A stretch of 64,000 bases of DNA from Haliotis rubra (lineage: Eukaryota), in the NCBI RefSeq assembly GCF_003918875.1, contig NW_025767179.1, forward strand, positions 1,736,001-1,800,000, read 5' to 3'. The first letter of the stretch is position 1. Each line of letters begins with the position of its first letter. The notes beneath the pieces were generated by a model, which saw nothing but the letters and a program-made list of their open reading frames with translations, was not told the DNA's origin and ran no database searches. Made by a program: the position numbers and the translations under genes. Positions 53,201 to 64,000 of the stretch are shown here, piece after piece.

Positions 53201-55060
53201 CAGGTACTCCAGCAGGCTGTCCCTAACTGCCATCATGAAGCAGTGCTCCAGGCCAAACTCTTTTGGGTTAACTGCCTTAGCATCGATTGGGTCAATGTAG
53301 ATCCCAACCTCACCTAAAACATCAGTTAAGTAACATCAGGAACGTACAGAAAGATACGGTTTTAACCATCTCTAAGATACTTCCAGTTTTAGTTCGCATT
53401 TAGTTATATGCATTTCGACTGCAATATACAGCAAATGGTCCGGACCCCAAGACAGTTTGTTATAACAGTGTTCGTAGAAATATAGATTCTTATTTTACCT
53501 TCATGTAAAGTACTTTAAATTCATTGGTCAATGACGTTTTAACAAGTTCCCGTGTCACCTCTCCCAGAAGGGTGACAACTGGAAACAATTTTACCCTCTG
53601 TAACGGTAACCGCCAAACTCGAGAAGCTGGATCGGTAACAATCGTATGACGTCATAATATGACGCATGCAGTGCACTGAGTTCGAAAACCGTTCGATTAG
53701 CTGTTTTTTGAGTTCACTATGTACACATTTATTTTACCGACTTCCACTGCTTTATTTAAACTATTGTATACATTGAATCGTTTGCACACTCAACTTAATC
53801 ATAATTAACCGTTTTTATAGCAGTTTTTAGCTTGTCAGAATATGTTTCACTGATTTAAAAAAATCCAGTCGAGAGGCAGACGCCATTTTATTTACATGTC
53901 ATGTAGTCGGTAGCGAGCTTATCGATCCTCAAAATATAATACAATGATATTTTGTACATTTAACATGGCGGTAAGATAAATACGTTGTATGCTTCTCCTC
54001 GGGTACTACGGTCTGATGTACGCCTACCGGCTTGGGTGATACTGCTGCAAAGAGGTATACATCAGATCGTATTACCCTCGAGTGAAGCATACAACTTATA
54101 TTGTATGCTGGATGTTATTGCATTATTCTTAGATATCATCGAGCAAAATGCCATGCCTTGGTGACTAATGTATCACAGTCGAGAGTACGTAGTGATGTCA
54201 TACATCACCAATGATCAAAGTTTTTGGACCCTAATGTTATTGTCGCCGATGTGTTACCTACACATAATATGGAGGAAACATTTAAGTTTCCCAAAAGACA
54301 TTTGAACCTTATAACTGCTTGACATATTTTATTTTACCAGATATCCCTGATGCCACAGGTGTAAATCCAACTAGGGTCCATGCAGGTAGCAAAAGTACTG
54401 AAAGTCCCCATGGTTCCTAGTATGGTGATCTACCTTCAGTTGTTGCCGATCTATAGTCCGTGTTTTTATATCGTATTGTCTTCTTTAATTGGAATGTTTT
54501 AGCTTTGCTCGCTAGTTTTATATTCATATCTGTGATGCTCGAGTATTTTTACTGTCCATCGTCGACAGGTTTTACTCTTCAAAATGTTTTCATTTTTTAT
54601 TGTATAAATTGTTTTCGTCGCGATATGGCTGAGATATTGCCGACATGACGTTAAATATTAAATCACTCACTCATGCCACAGTATTAGATAAACGGCATGT
54701 TTGTCAACCACCATTAAACATTCTCTTGATACCGTCACAGAACAAAAGAACAGATAAGTAATGATATGAAATTGGAAAATACGAAAACTAAAACAAAACA
54801 ATGTCTCTGTAAATGGCAATATATGTTTGAGATGACATGCTGTTCAGCATAGCCATTGGTATTTCTGTTCGGTACCATGTGATGATAGATCACATGCAAT
54901 GAGAAGTTTAGAAGACGATAAAATCAAAATTACGTTTATGGAAGAGAGTATAACGTTAACCCTTGTAAATAGAGAAACCATGCCAAATCTCACCTGTATT
55001 TCTGGTGAGGAAGGGCCTGGACGCATCCTTAGTGTCAGGTATTTCCTCCTCCACTTCCAT
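49681..55060 (-). CDS. Multi-exon gene for an uncharacterised protein of about 350 aa with a TRADD-N-like domain (apparent frameshift in exon 2)
   Basis: GT-AG exons 55093-54994 (ATG 55060), 53313-53117, 51958-51722 (alternative acceptor at 51923) and 50255-49681. Phases join. The motif G.ILIVTF..LEGLESLW.LW....L..LFQ..FVT...L......L.....EDEY..C is typical of invertebrate TRADD-like N domains. Upstream exons are not excluded. Confidence 0.75.
50600..51700 (+). pseudogene. Intronic Penelope-like RT relic
   Basis: EFL*IFCTVHPD (51141-51176), KP..YL..S and N.YP motifs. Confidence 0.5.
51722..51958 (-). CDS. Exon 3
   Basis: ttccttaaag|.MILIVTFDHLEGLESLW...IAKF|gtgagt, phase 1 to phase 1. Confidence 0.8.
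52220..52650 (+). pseudogene. Intronic Penelope-like GIY-YIG relic
   Basis: KSGVENTIQ..VGQ (SGVVY.I..YVGQ) and LREAL. Confidence 0.45.
52865..53016 (+). mobile_element. tRNA-derived SINE, family A (diverged)
   Basis: Matches the family body and tail. Confidence 0.75.
53117..53313 (-). CDS. Exon 2
   Basis: ttttag|..EVGIYIDPIDAKAVNPKEFGLEHCFMMAVRDSLLEYLYEVDLVKVKGALER..|gtaggg. Confidence 0.75.
53490..54100. mobile_element. Non-autonomous hairpin-ended element, same architecture as 48877-49411 but reversed
   Basis: TTATTTTACC...GGTAAGATAAAT followed by a palindrome at 53983-54097. Confidence 0.5.
54345..54672 (+). mobile_element. I-clade LINE 3'UTR fragment
   Basis: Shared 3'UTR and ACTC tail; TSD ATGCCACAG. 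Confidence 0.7.
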
Positions 55061-55093
55061 CTTCCCACGCCGGTGCACCAGGTGGTTCAAGAA
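54994..55093 (-). CDS. Exon 1 (first visible)
   Basis: tttcag|FLNHLVHRRGKMEVEEEIPDTKDASRPFLTRNT|gtgag, phase 1 end. Confidence 0.7.
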
Positions 55094-55109
55094 CTGAAAT
55101 TCATCATTG

Positions 55110-56800
55110 TGTGTTTAAGTGGGAACGATTCCTCAAAGTACATAGTATCAAGACCGTGTCAGAGAATCCATAGGTGTAGGTATTTGGATAGTGGGCACGG
55201 GCCAGAAAAGCCTTAACCGTTATGTTCTTGCCAAAAAGCTGATTGAGATTCCAAATTGAATCATAAATAGGCAATATCCGCAACATGGTATCCAAACGGA
55301 CTGTAGACAGGCATGATGGGATTAGCTAATTGCTCCCAGATAACAACGAACTGTTACATCATTTCAGCCAACTTTAGCAATGCAAATGTTTCAGCAATGT
55401 ATCGGCGATAGAAATCAAACTGGGACAAACACTCCACATTCAAATCGACCCGAACCTCCGGGATCCAGCTGGACGGGCGAACGTTTTACCACTGGGCTAA
55501 CCTCCCCCAAAACGTCAGACTGACTGAGTTTGGTTTTACGCCGCTTTTAGCAAAGCAATATTCCAGCAATATCAAATGGGCTTCACACATTGTGCCCATG
55601 TGGGGATTCGAACCCGGGTCTTCGGCGTGACGAGCCAACGCTTTAACCATTAGGCTACCCCCCAAAAAAACAAAAACAAAACAAACAAAAAACAACAACA
55701 AACAAACAACAACCTCCCCAAAAACAAAAAAACGAACTAAACATCTTGATACTGTTTCGTCATTGTCCATACCTACGTGTACATATGGTCATCCAGTATT
55801 GGTTTTATCCTTCTAACAAAAACATTCTTACAAAGAAAATATGATTTCCAAACAAGACACACATACCAGCTCCCATCTACTTATAAAACGTTGAATTTCC
55901 TCCCAAACAACATTTGCATCTCCTTCCAATGAAACACACGAATCTGTAGTAATAACGTCATAAGCAAAAAATTGAAATGTACCTACATGTGACTGCCTTG
56001 CTGACCGCATGTTTGATCACCTTCTTCCAATACTAGTCAGTGGTCACTATCTGTGTGAGTGTCGACCCTCACACTACACAAATTGTTAACCCACAACGTA
56101 ATCAAAACGTTAGTATTCCCACGCGTCTACTTTCGCTAACACGATCCGTGAGAGCTGTTCTAACCAGTGGCGTGCACGTGATTAAGATGGGTGTGGCATC
56201 ACCAGGAACACACTAATCACTCCGCAACACTGTCTACAACTTAATTTTACACATGAAAGCACCCTGGAGTTACGCAGTAGAATAAACCAAGTAACCAGAG
56301 CTGGTCGTGAGTGTTGACCAACGGTATCGGGTGGTCAGGCTTGCTGACTTGGTTAATGAATGCCATTGAATGCCAGTTGCATGGATGGATGCTCATGATG
56401 TTAATCACTGCATTGTCTTGTCCAAACACAATTATTTACAGACGCATATAGCTGAGTGGGACGTCAACCTCAACAAAATCAAACATAGAAACACCCGCAT
56501 CGTTATATACGTCGGCATCAGTGCCAATTCATACGCATGGACAATCGGTATTAGTGATAATCGAGTGGGTATCATAATAAAGGTATTGAACTGTTGTCAC
56601 AACACGAGCACCGCTTTCCATAAATGTACACAATTTAATCAAAGCGTTGAGAGAAGTCGACGCATGTCGGTAATCATCCATGATATAATGTCGCCTTCAC
56701 GACGCAGAATGGTGTACATTTTCAAATGTAAATGAACATTCATTTATAAAAATAATTAAAAGAAAATTATGCCATGGAAATATCTTGTGATCAGCTAATT
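55110..56800 (+). pseudogene. Penelope-like RT relic interrupted by SINE A (55520-55643, minus) and SINE B (56270-56480, plus)
   Basis: DSSKY, FLPK and V.R.P.T-like motifs. Confidence 0.4.
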
Positions 56801-57399
56801 AGAAGTATACACATTTTTGCTTTAGTGTCCAAGTCAAGCTATCTAAATATACGTTATATTCCAGTAAAGGTGAACGTTTTCCTGTAATATTTGAGAAACT
56901 TATTTATCATATAGCAAACAATCTAAGTAACGTGACTCACCATGATGCCTGTGACTTAGTGAAACAGCTGCTTGGTATTGGTGCGTTCTCGTTTAAATGT
57001 CGACTACTACTCCCAATTCTGCATTTATACAGAATGCTCTTCATAATCAGATGTTTGTCTCCAACGCTGCATCTGATTGGCTAAGAATATGCATGATAAC
57101 AGATATCAATTTGCAGCATCAGTCACTCCCCATCATGGTAAACGGTTCGGTAAATGCTGTCTGATTGGTTAAGTGATGTGCGTTGGACCAAACGGCTACG
57201 GATGATGAGAGGAATTTCTTGGACATCAATACAAACTAGATTTCAGGAAGAGATGTACCTTACCAATATCCTCAAACTTTAGTTAAGTCATGATACCTTC
57301 CTATGGGATATGGCTCAGGAATACAGATAGTGTCAGCATCCTGTTTACAACTGACAATTGATTCCAATTAAGGTACCGTACGGCACTTTCTGTAAAATC

Positions 57400-59050
57400 G
57401 AACGACAACGTGATTTACGAGAAACATTGATTTGAACTGTTGGTGCTGTCACAGAGTTGATTATTCTGTGGGGCAGATTCAATATGCAGCAGGCTATTCT
57501 CAAGGAAAGGAAGTGTGACGGAACTGCGGTTGTCATATTTCTGTAATCGACATTTTGAATGTACACTTGATTATGTTATTAGGCTAATGCACCCACACCA
57601 TTAAGGAAGTCAATAGTATACAACGCCCATCATGTCTAACTTATAGATGTTTTGTCAGATGATTGTTTCAAGTGGTTACCAAACAGTATTCCATGTTGTA
57701 TTGTGACTTTGTACAATGGTTGTTCTGTGGACTGACGTTGTATATTATACTCATAGAGTGCCACAATCATGTCAACACATTTGCGTTCTCAATCCTTCTT
57801 AAACCCGCTTTCGTGAGTTCGAATCCCACGATGGCACCGAATTACCATCTCTGTTCAATCAGCATACAATACAACCATAGTTAATCTGTCAGAGCATGTC
57901 AGAGCCACAATATACCACTGGCATACCAGATTGTCTGTGATCCATTCATAACTATTTTTCCCTTTACACCAAACGGAATTTGTGTCTGAGGATAGGGTAT
58001 TCTTTTGCATTGACGTTCTATATTCAACTTCTTTTCAGCAGTTAGCCTTTATATACCTAAAGCGCCATGGGCCATCTGCACGGTTTAAAGTCTGATTGTC
58101 ACCTTAAATGCTGTACTATAATTTCAGTGAGCTATGGTCTTTTGTATAGCATACACGAGTTCAAACGTGTACGAGCATTTCAATCTCAACGGTTCTTATA
58201 AAACAAGTCTGTTATAAATAGCTAAGGTAGATTATTGGAAACTTTTTTTTAATTTGCACCGCAGGTTATTCATGAAGTATGTCCTTAACGAACGCCCAGG
58301 TCACGAGGTGTCGGCTATTACTGTATTTCACCAGATCAATGGCTATTGTTCTGCATATCAGTCAGTGCCGTAACTATATTGGGAAAATATTCTGAACTAA
58401 ATTGGCTTTCTTAATGTATCGTGTTTCAATATTGGACGCTCCCCAAAGGTTAGTTTGTTGTCCTCGTCATAGTTCAAATGCAGTGTGATTTCGTTCTGTA
58501 ATGCACTGATCACGATTTTGACAGCTGTCAATCTCCTCAATATCAAAGACATTCCCATGGAGATATCATAAAATAAGTCAAATATTACTGTTTAAACTGT
58601 TATATATTAAACAAACCCAATATGAAGGTATTGCAAATACCTCACGCAATGTAAGTGTCTGGCATATTGTTGACAAACCAATAATGTAAGGAAATGTTTA
58701 TTGAGTATTTTGTCACCGTCTGTATATCTACAAACACGCGCGGTGTACTCAGTAGCTCTGCTACACACATTGCATTGTGTGGTGACTTATTACATTTTAT
58801 ACCGGAGGTATTTGTTTGTAGCAGGGACAACTAAACGGTGTGTACAGTGCGCACAAAAGAACACTTTTGTCAACAGCTCTGTATCAATTCGTATGACAAC
58901 AAGTGTGGTGTTCGGCATTGAGAACCAATAATCAAGATCGTCTGACCTACATACCGATTGTGTTTAAAAGAAGACCCCACTCGAAGACGACGCCAGGAAA
59001 TCTGATTGAAAAATATTATTAGCAAGGTGTAAGCGTTCAGTAGATATACT
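57400..59050 (+). pseudogene. Penelope-like relic (RT plus GIY-YIG)
   Basis: CVVTY......AGTTKR...RTKEH (58850-58864) endonuclease signature; an IDVL motif upstream. Confidence 0.55.
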
Positions 59051-59190
59051 ATAAATCATAGGTGAAACCAGCCGATAACAGCAGCTGAGAACCGTGTATA
59101 TTTATGTGATGTGGTATATTTATATGATGTGGTCGTAAAAATATCAAATGCCATCAAAGTCCTTACTGTACATTTTTTCTAGTTCTGTGT

Positions 59191-59344
59191 NNNNNNNNNN
59201 NNNNNNNNNNNNNNNNNNNNNNNNNNNNNNNNNNNNNNNNNNNNNNNNNNNNNNNNNNNNNNNNNNNNNNNNNNNNNNNNNNNNNNNNNNNNNNNNNNNN
59301 NNNNNNNNNNNNNNNNNNNNNNNNNNNNNNNNNNNNNNNNNNNN
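59191..59344. other. Assembly gap (154 N)
   Basis: Run of N. Confidence 1.
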
Positions 59345-59518
59345 NGATTAGATTTCTGGTTTTACGTTTCTGTCTGTGTTAATCCAGTTATATTTCTGTC
59401 CTTCGTCGACAGGTTTTGTTGTAATTTAATTCCATTTATGATCAATTTATAACTTTTTGAGTCACGTTATGGCTGAAATATCGCCAGTGTGACTATAAAT
59501 CTCAACTCACTCACTCAC
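59345..59518 (+). mobile_element. I-clade LINE 3' tail
   Basis: Shared 3'UTR and ACTC tail; probably continues into the gap. Confidence 0.65.
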
Positions 59519-59935
59519 TTGGGTTATTAGCCTATTCATGTCAGTGTTTTCAACTGTGTATGTGACTGTATGTGTAATGTTATCCGTTCATGATAGATGT
59601 GGCTTAATGAGCATGCATTGTGTTCCATTACTTTCAAAAGTATTCGCAATAAACTTTCAATCCAAACTGGAATAACAATTTCGAAGCATGTTACCTGACG
59701 CATGGAATTATGTGATGTTAGCACAAAAGACCAATGGTAATTGAATATTCATATGAATATTAATTTTAAAGAAGTATTAAAAAGTGTGTGTGCTTGGTCT
59801 ACGCTACATAATGTATGTCGTGATTCAAATACGTCACTGTCATAAATATCCATGTCATATCCACAGTATTGGCCTCCATATCATGCACGAGAGCCCTACT
59901 TACATGAACCCCTGCTTTGTATCTGACAAATATAC

Positions 59936-60291
59936 ATGAGGTGAGGTGAGGTTGGGTTTAACGTCGTACTTGAGAATATTTCGCTCATATGACGACGTGC
60001 ATGCGCGTGTATGTGTATGTGCGGCTGCTTGTACTAGCCCAGACTTAGGCTGGTTTTATAGTGCTAGCCCACTGAGATACCATGCCGCAGTGATGCATGA
60101 ATACCCCACCCAGACACATTATACTGACTCCGAGCCGACCAGTCCTTGTTGTACCCATTAATGCCGAGCGCCAGGCAGGGACCAACAAGTACCATATTTT
60201 AACGTCTTTTGGTACGACGCGGTCGGGGATCGAACCCGCGACCTTCCGCTCTCCGACCGGACGCTCTAACCACTACACCACGGGGGCGGTC
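59936..60291 (-). mobile_element. tRNA-derived SINE, family C
   Basis: A/B boxes, central domain, (CCTCA)n tail; TSD about AAATA(T/G)ACATGA. Confidence 0.9.
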
Positions 60292-60396
60292 AAATAGACA
60301 TGAACATCCATGCTTGCCAACGTTGACAAAACAGCAACACCTTGTTACCAAACATCTGCTGCACATTTTGTATCTCAGGCGAGCACTTAATGACAT

Positions 60397-60646
60397 GAGT
60401 GAGTGAGTGAGTTTTGTTTTACGCCGCACTCAGCAATATTCCAGCTATATGGCGGCGGTCTGTAAATAATCGAGTCTGGACCAGACAATCCAGTGATCAA
60501 CAGCATGAACATCGATCTGCGCAACTGGGAACCGATGGCATGTGTCAACCAAGTCAGTGAGCATGACCACCCGATCCCGTTAGTCGCCTCTTACGACAAG
60601 CATGGGTTACTGAAGATCAATATTCTAACCCGGACCTTCACGGGTC
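60397..60646 (-). mobile_element. SINE family B
   Basis: Full copy; TSD TAATGACATGA. Confidence 0.9.
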
Positions 60647-60669
60647 TAATGACATGAATGTGTGCTGAA

Positions 60670-61065
60670 GATAAATAGAGAATCTCACCCAAGTGTCTAC
60701 TGATATCAATTTTATTAACACGAGTTCATAAAGTTACAAATATTATACAAATAGGATATTTTTACTTATATCAATGAGTGTTCATATAATTGATATCAGT
60801 AGACACGAGGGTGAGATTCTATTTATCATAAAAAAATCACTCTTCATTTGTTTTCAATGAAAAATGTATATCTCTGAACACGGTTCTACCATTAGACTTG
60901 CAGTGCAGCGATATCATAGCATTGTGACGTCATCAAGTTCATGGCGTCATAACATTGTCAGGGCATTGTACAAAATCTACTGTCAAAACGATATCTCCTA
61001 GGAGATATCGTTTGATCTCACACAAGCAATATCTCCTGTGGAACACAGTTTTGGATGATAACTGT
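60670..61065. mobile_element. Non-autonomous element with a long terminal palindrome
   Basis: ATAAATAGAGAATCTCACCC..GTGTCTACTGATATCAATT / AATTGATATCAGTAGACAC..GGGTGAGATTCTATTTAT, 60671-60825. Confidence 0.5.
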
Positions 61066-61149
61066 AAACCTGCCCATTGGACATGTAGCCTGATTCACTG
61101 AACATGATCTGAAGCCGCTCTACCGGCAACGGGGCAATGTTCCTTCGCC

Positions 61150-62430
61150 ATACCCGATAATGTGTGACGCTCTACCCGACAATATGTGACTCTCCACCCG
61201 ACCACATGTTAAGATCTATCGGACAATATGTGACTATCCAAAATTGCATGGACCGACAATATTACGACGGTCTACCCGACCATGTGTGACGCTCTACCTA
61301 ACAGCTTGTGACTGTATCCGACACTACAGTGACTGTATCCGACACTACAGTGACTGTATCCGACACTACAGTGACTGTATCCGACACTACAGTGACTGTC
61401 CATCCTACAATATCGGAAGATGTATGACACCCTAACCGACAATATGATACTCTACCCATCAATATGAGATGCTCCATCCGAATAAAGATGTGACACCCTA
61501 ACCGACAATATGAGGCGCTCTACCCAACATTGCATGACACCTTAACCGACAATATGAGATGCTCTATCCAACAACATGTGCCGCTCTACTCGACAATGTA
61601 TGACACCTTAACCGACAATATGAGATGCTCTATCTGACAACATGAGCCGCTCTATTGGACAATGTATGATACCTTAACCGACAATATGAGATGCTCTATC
61701 CGACAACATGAACTTCTCTAATCGACACGACCCGCTCTATTCGACAATGTATGACACCTTAACCGACAATTTGAGATGCTCTATCTGACAACATGACCCG
61801 CTCTATTCGGCAATGTATGACACCTTAACCGACAATATGAGATATGAGATGCTCTCTATCCGACAACAACCGACAATGAACTCTATCTGACAACATGACC
61901 CGCTCTATTCGTCAATGTATGACACCTTAACCGACAATATGAGATGCTCTATCCGACAACATGAACCGCTCTATTCGACAATGTATGACACCTTAACCGA
62001 CAATATGAGATGCTCTATCCGACAACATGAACCGCTCTATTCAACAATGTATAACACCTTGACCGACAATATGAGATGCTCTATCCAACGACAGGTGTCG
62101 CTCTATTCGACAATGTATGACACCTTAACCGACAATATGAGATGCTCTATCCGACAACATGAACTTCTCTACTCGACACGACCCGCTCTATTCGACAATG
62201 TATGACACCTTAACCGACAATATGAGATGCTCTATCCGACAACATGACCCGCTCTATTCGGCAATGTATGACACCTTAACCGACAATATGAGATGCTCTA
62301 TCCGACAACATGAACCGCTCTATTCGGCAATGTATGACACCTTAACCGACAATATGAGATGCTCTATCCGACAACATGAACCGCTCTATTTGACAATGCA
62401 TGATACTCTATCCGACAACATGACGCTCTA
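61150..62430. repeat. Minisatellite: 22-bp monomers, a 21-bp x4 block, and a 66-bp (3x22) higher-order repeat
   Basis: CGACAATGTATGACACCTTAAC / CGACAATATGAGATGCTCTATC / CGACAACATGAACCGCTCTATT repeated. GTGACTGTATCCGACACTACA x4 at about 61308-61391. Confidence 0.95.
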
Positions 62431-62499
62431 CCCGGCAAGCTCACGACGCCCTACCAGACAATACGAAGGCATGTCACGTAATCTCTCAACCGAGTACAG

Positions 62500-63600
62500 C
62501 AAGCGGAGCCGGATTCAGTATTCTGGTATTATCGATCACATCCCACTCGGCCTACACCATGACATCACACATAACGATGTGACCTGTGGGTGACAACTGT
62601 CCAAGTACCTCTGCATAAATAACACATGTATCTCCTACCAACAAGGAACTCAGGTTGATCAAACAGCCTTGATAGTGTGTCAGTTACGAAGCCATCCAAG
62701 TGACAGTTGAGGGACTCACGTAACACACTCGTTTTCAGATGATTCATTACGATCTTGAATGTTCTATTCAATTTTAACACAGGATCTGCCTTAAATAGCT
62801 GTGCATTTATCGAATATTAACGGGTTCGTTTTCAAATTGATATGAATATCTAGAACACTGGAAACAATTAAGTATGGAAATTAGAGATTTGAAAATATAT
62901 ATGGAATATGGTTGGTTGCTATGACTTTTCTCAGAAACAGATATGAACGCATATTATATATTATATCAAGAGTTATGTATGTTTGACATATTTATATACA
63001 TATATGGATGATATATTGTACAGTATAAATGACAGTGATTTTACATGATATTAAATGTTGGTCCCATATCAAGTCTAATTGTTCACGGAATGTGTCAAGC
63101 AGCAAGCATAACGTACAGACCTTATAAACGATTACACGATCCTTACGAGTTCATGAATATGTAGGTAGGATATTTCAAACGAAACAATTGCGAATACCGC
63201 TTTACAGTAACGAATGACAGAGACTGGGCTACAAGTTGCGAGCCTATACCATCGCCCACTTGTCACCTTCTTAAAAAGCTGCTGTTCAGTTGGGTATCAG
63301 CAGCCAAAACGTACTCAAGCCATTGTTTCAAGCATTCGTCCTTTGAGACAAATCACTCATGACTGCGAGAGAGCCGATACTAGCAGACTTACCTAGTGCA
63401 GCGGTCTATGTTGGTTGTAGCAGCGTGACTGTCTCCTTGTGAGCGGCTCGCTGGGACATAAGAGACTCGTATCGACCGGAGCTCCACCCCGAACAACCAC
63501 TTCATGACACACTACAATGTCCTACAGCGCCTTGGTGTGCACGCTTCTCGTTCACCGTCATTACTCGCATGGATCTTCAAAACACATACTGTAATCGTTT
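62500..63600 (+). pseudogene. Penelope-like relic (RT thumb plus GIY-YIG)
   Basis: TTV..P..K.HMYLLP, then AVYVG (63401-63415) and ERLA(G)HKR. Confidence 0.55.
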
Positions 63601-64000
63601 AATTTCAGACATTTCTTAATGTAAAGCATTAATTATAGAGCGATGTATACAACGTCTTTATTGGCAGGTGCTCGTGTTCAATTAATGTTGTCAGTCACGA
63701 TACAATATGATTGATTTATCTTATTAGTTGATAAAGAATATTATTTATCATTCATGTATATTATTATAACGTCTTTACAATTTGTTTTGTAAATGTTGAA
63801 TGGTATAAAGTTATCAGCTGTTACCGGTTGTCAGGCAGTCTGAATCAGTAGGGGAGGATGTACCCGGAAGCAACGCAAAGCTCTACACACACAATAGTAC
63901 CGTATGATGCTGAATTAATGGATAAACGACACTGATGTCTCCATGGTGGACATAGCAACAACAGACCTGTATAACCTGTTTATAATGACTGCATGAAAAT

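Noticed and set aside
57264-57340. Possible small upstream exon of the gene
   Set aside because: Stops in all three frames; only the splice-like dinucleotides support it.
60205-60291. tRNA gene
   Set aside because: The tRNA-like head continues into a SINE body and tail with a TSD. The same applies to family A heads.
61244-62593. Repetitive ORFs or a CRISPR-like array
   Set aside because: Pure tandem satellite without unique spacers, in a eukaryotic context with no cas genes.
63393-63590. Candidate upstream minus-strand exon (AG...GTAAG)
   Set aside because: No frame is open across it, and it overlaps a plus-strand GIY-YIG relic. A 5'UTR role cannot be supported without RNA data.

Overview
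Eukaryotic, AT-rich, repeat-dense animal genomic DNA. The (ACTC)n-tailed SINEs and the TE repertoire suggest a marine mollusc such as an abalone-like gastropod (inference). Only one host gene is supportable: a minus-strand gene with at least 4 exons (about 55.1-49.7 kb) encoding a protein with a TRADD-N-like domain. Its exon 2 carries an apparent 8-nt frameshifting insertion inside a palindrome, which an alternative splice acceptor could compensate. Recognisable mobile elements are Tc1/mariner, I-clade, L1/Tx1-like, L2/CR1, Penelope-like (PLE), a MULE fragment, MITE/HINE-like and hairpin-ended elements, and three SINE families. There is also a 22/66-bp satellite and a 154-N gap. Main hidden pattern: much of the apparently featureless background reads as about 20 heavily decayed PLE relics (RT plus GIY-YIG motifs), lying end to end. 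They are minus-strand from about 6 to 48.6 kb and plus-strand from about 50.6 to 63.6 kb, switching at the 3' end of the gene. A 12-16 kb tandem duplication lies inside this field. An HDV-like ribozyme with a minimal P4 marks the 5' end of the I-clade LINE, and one SINE family has a covarying pseudoknot head. Relic motifs were read by eye across frameshifts, so relic boundaries are approximate.
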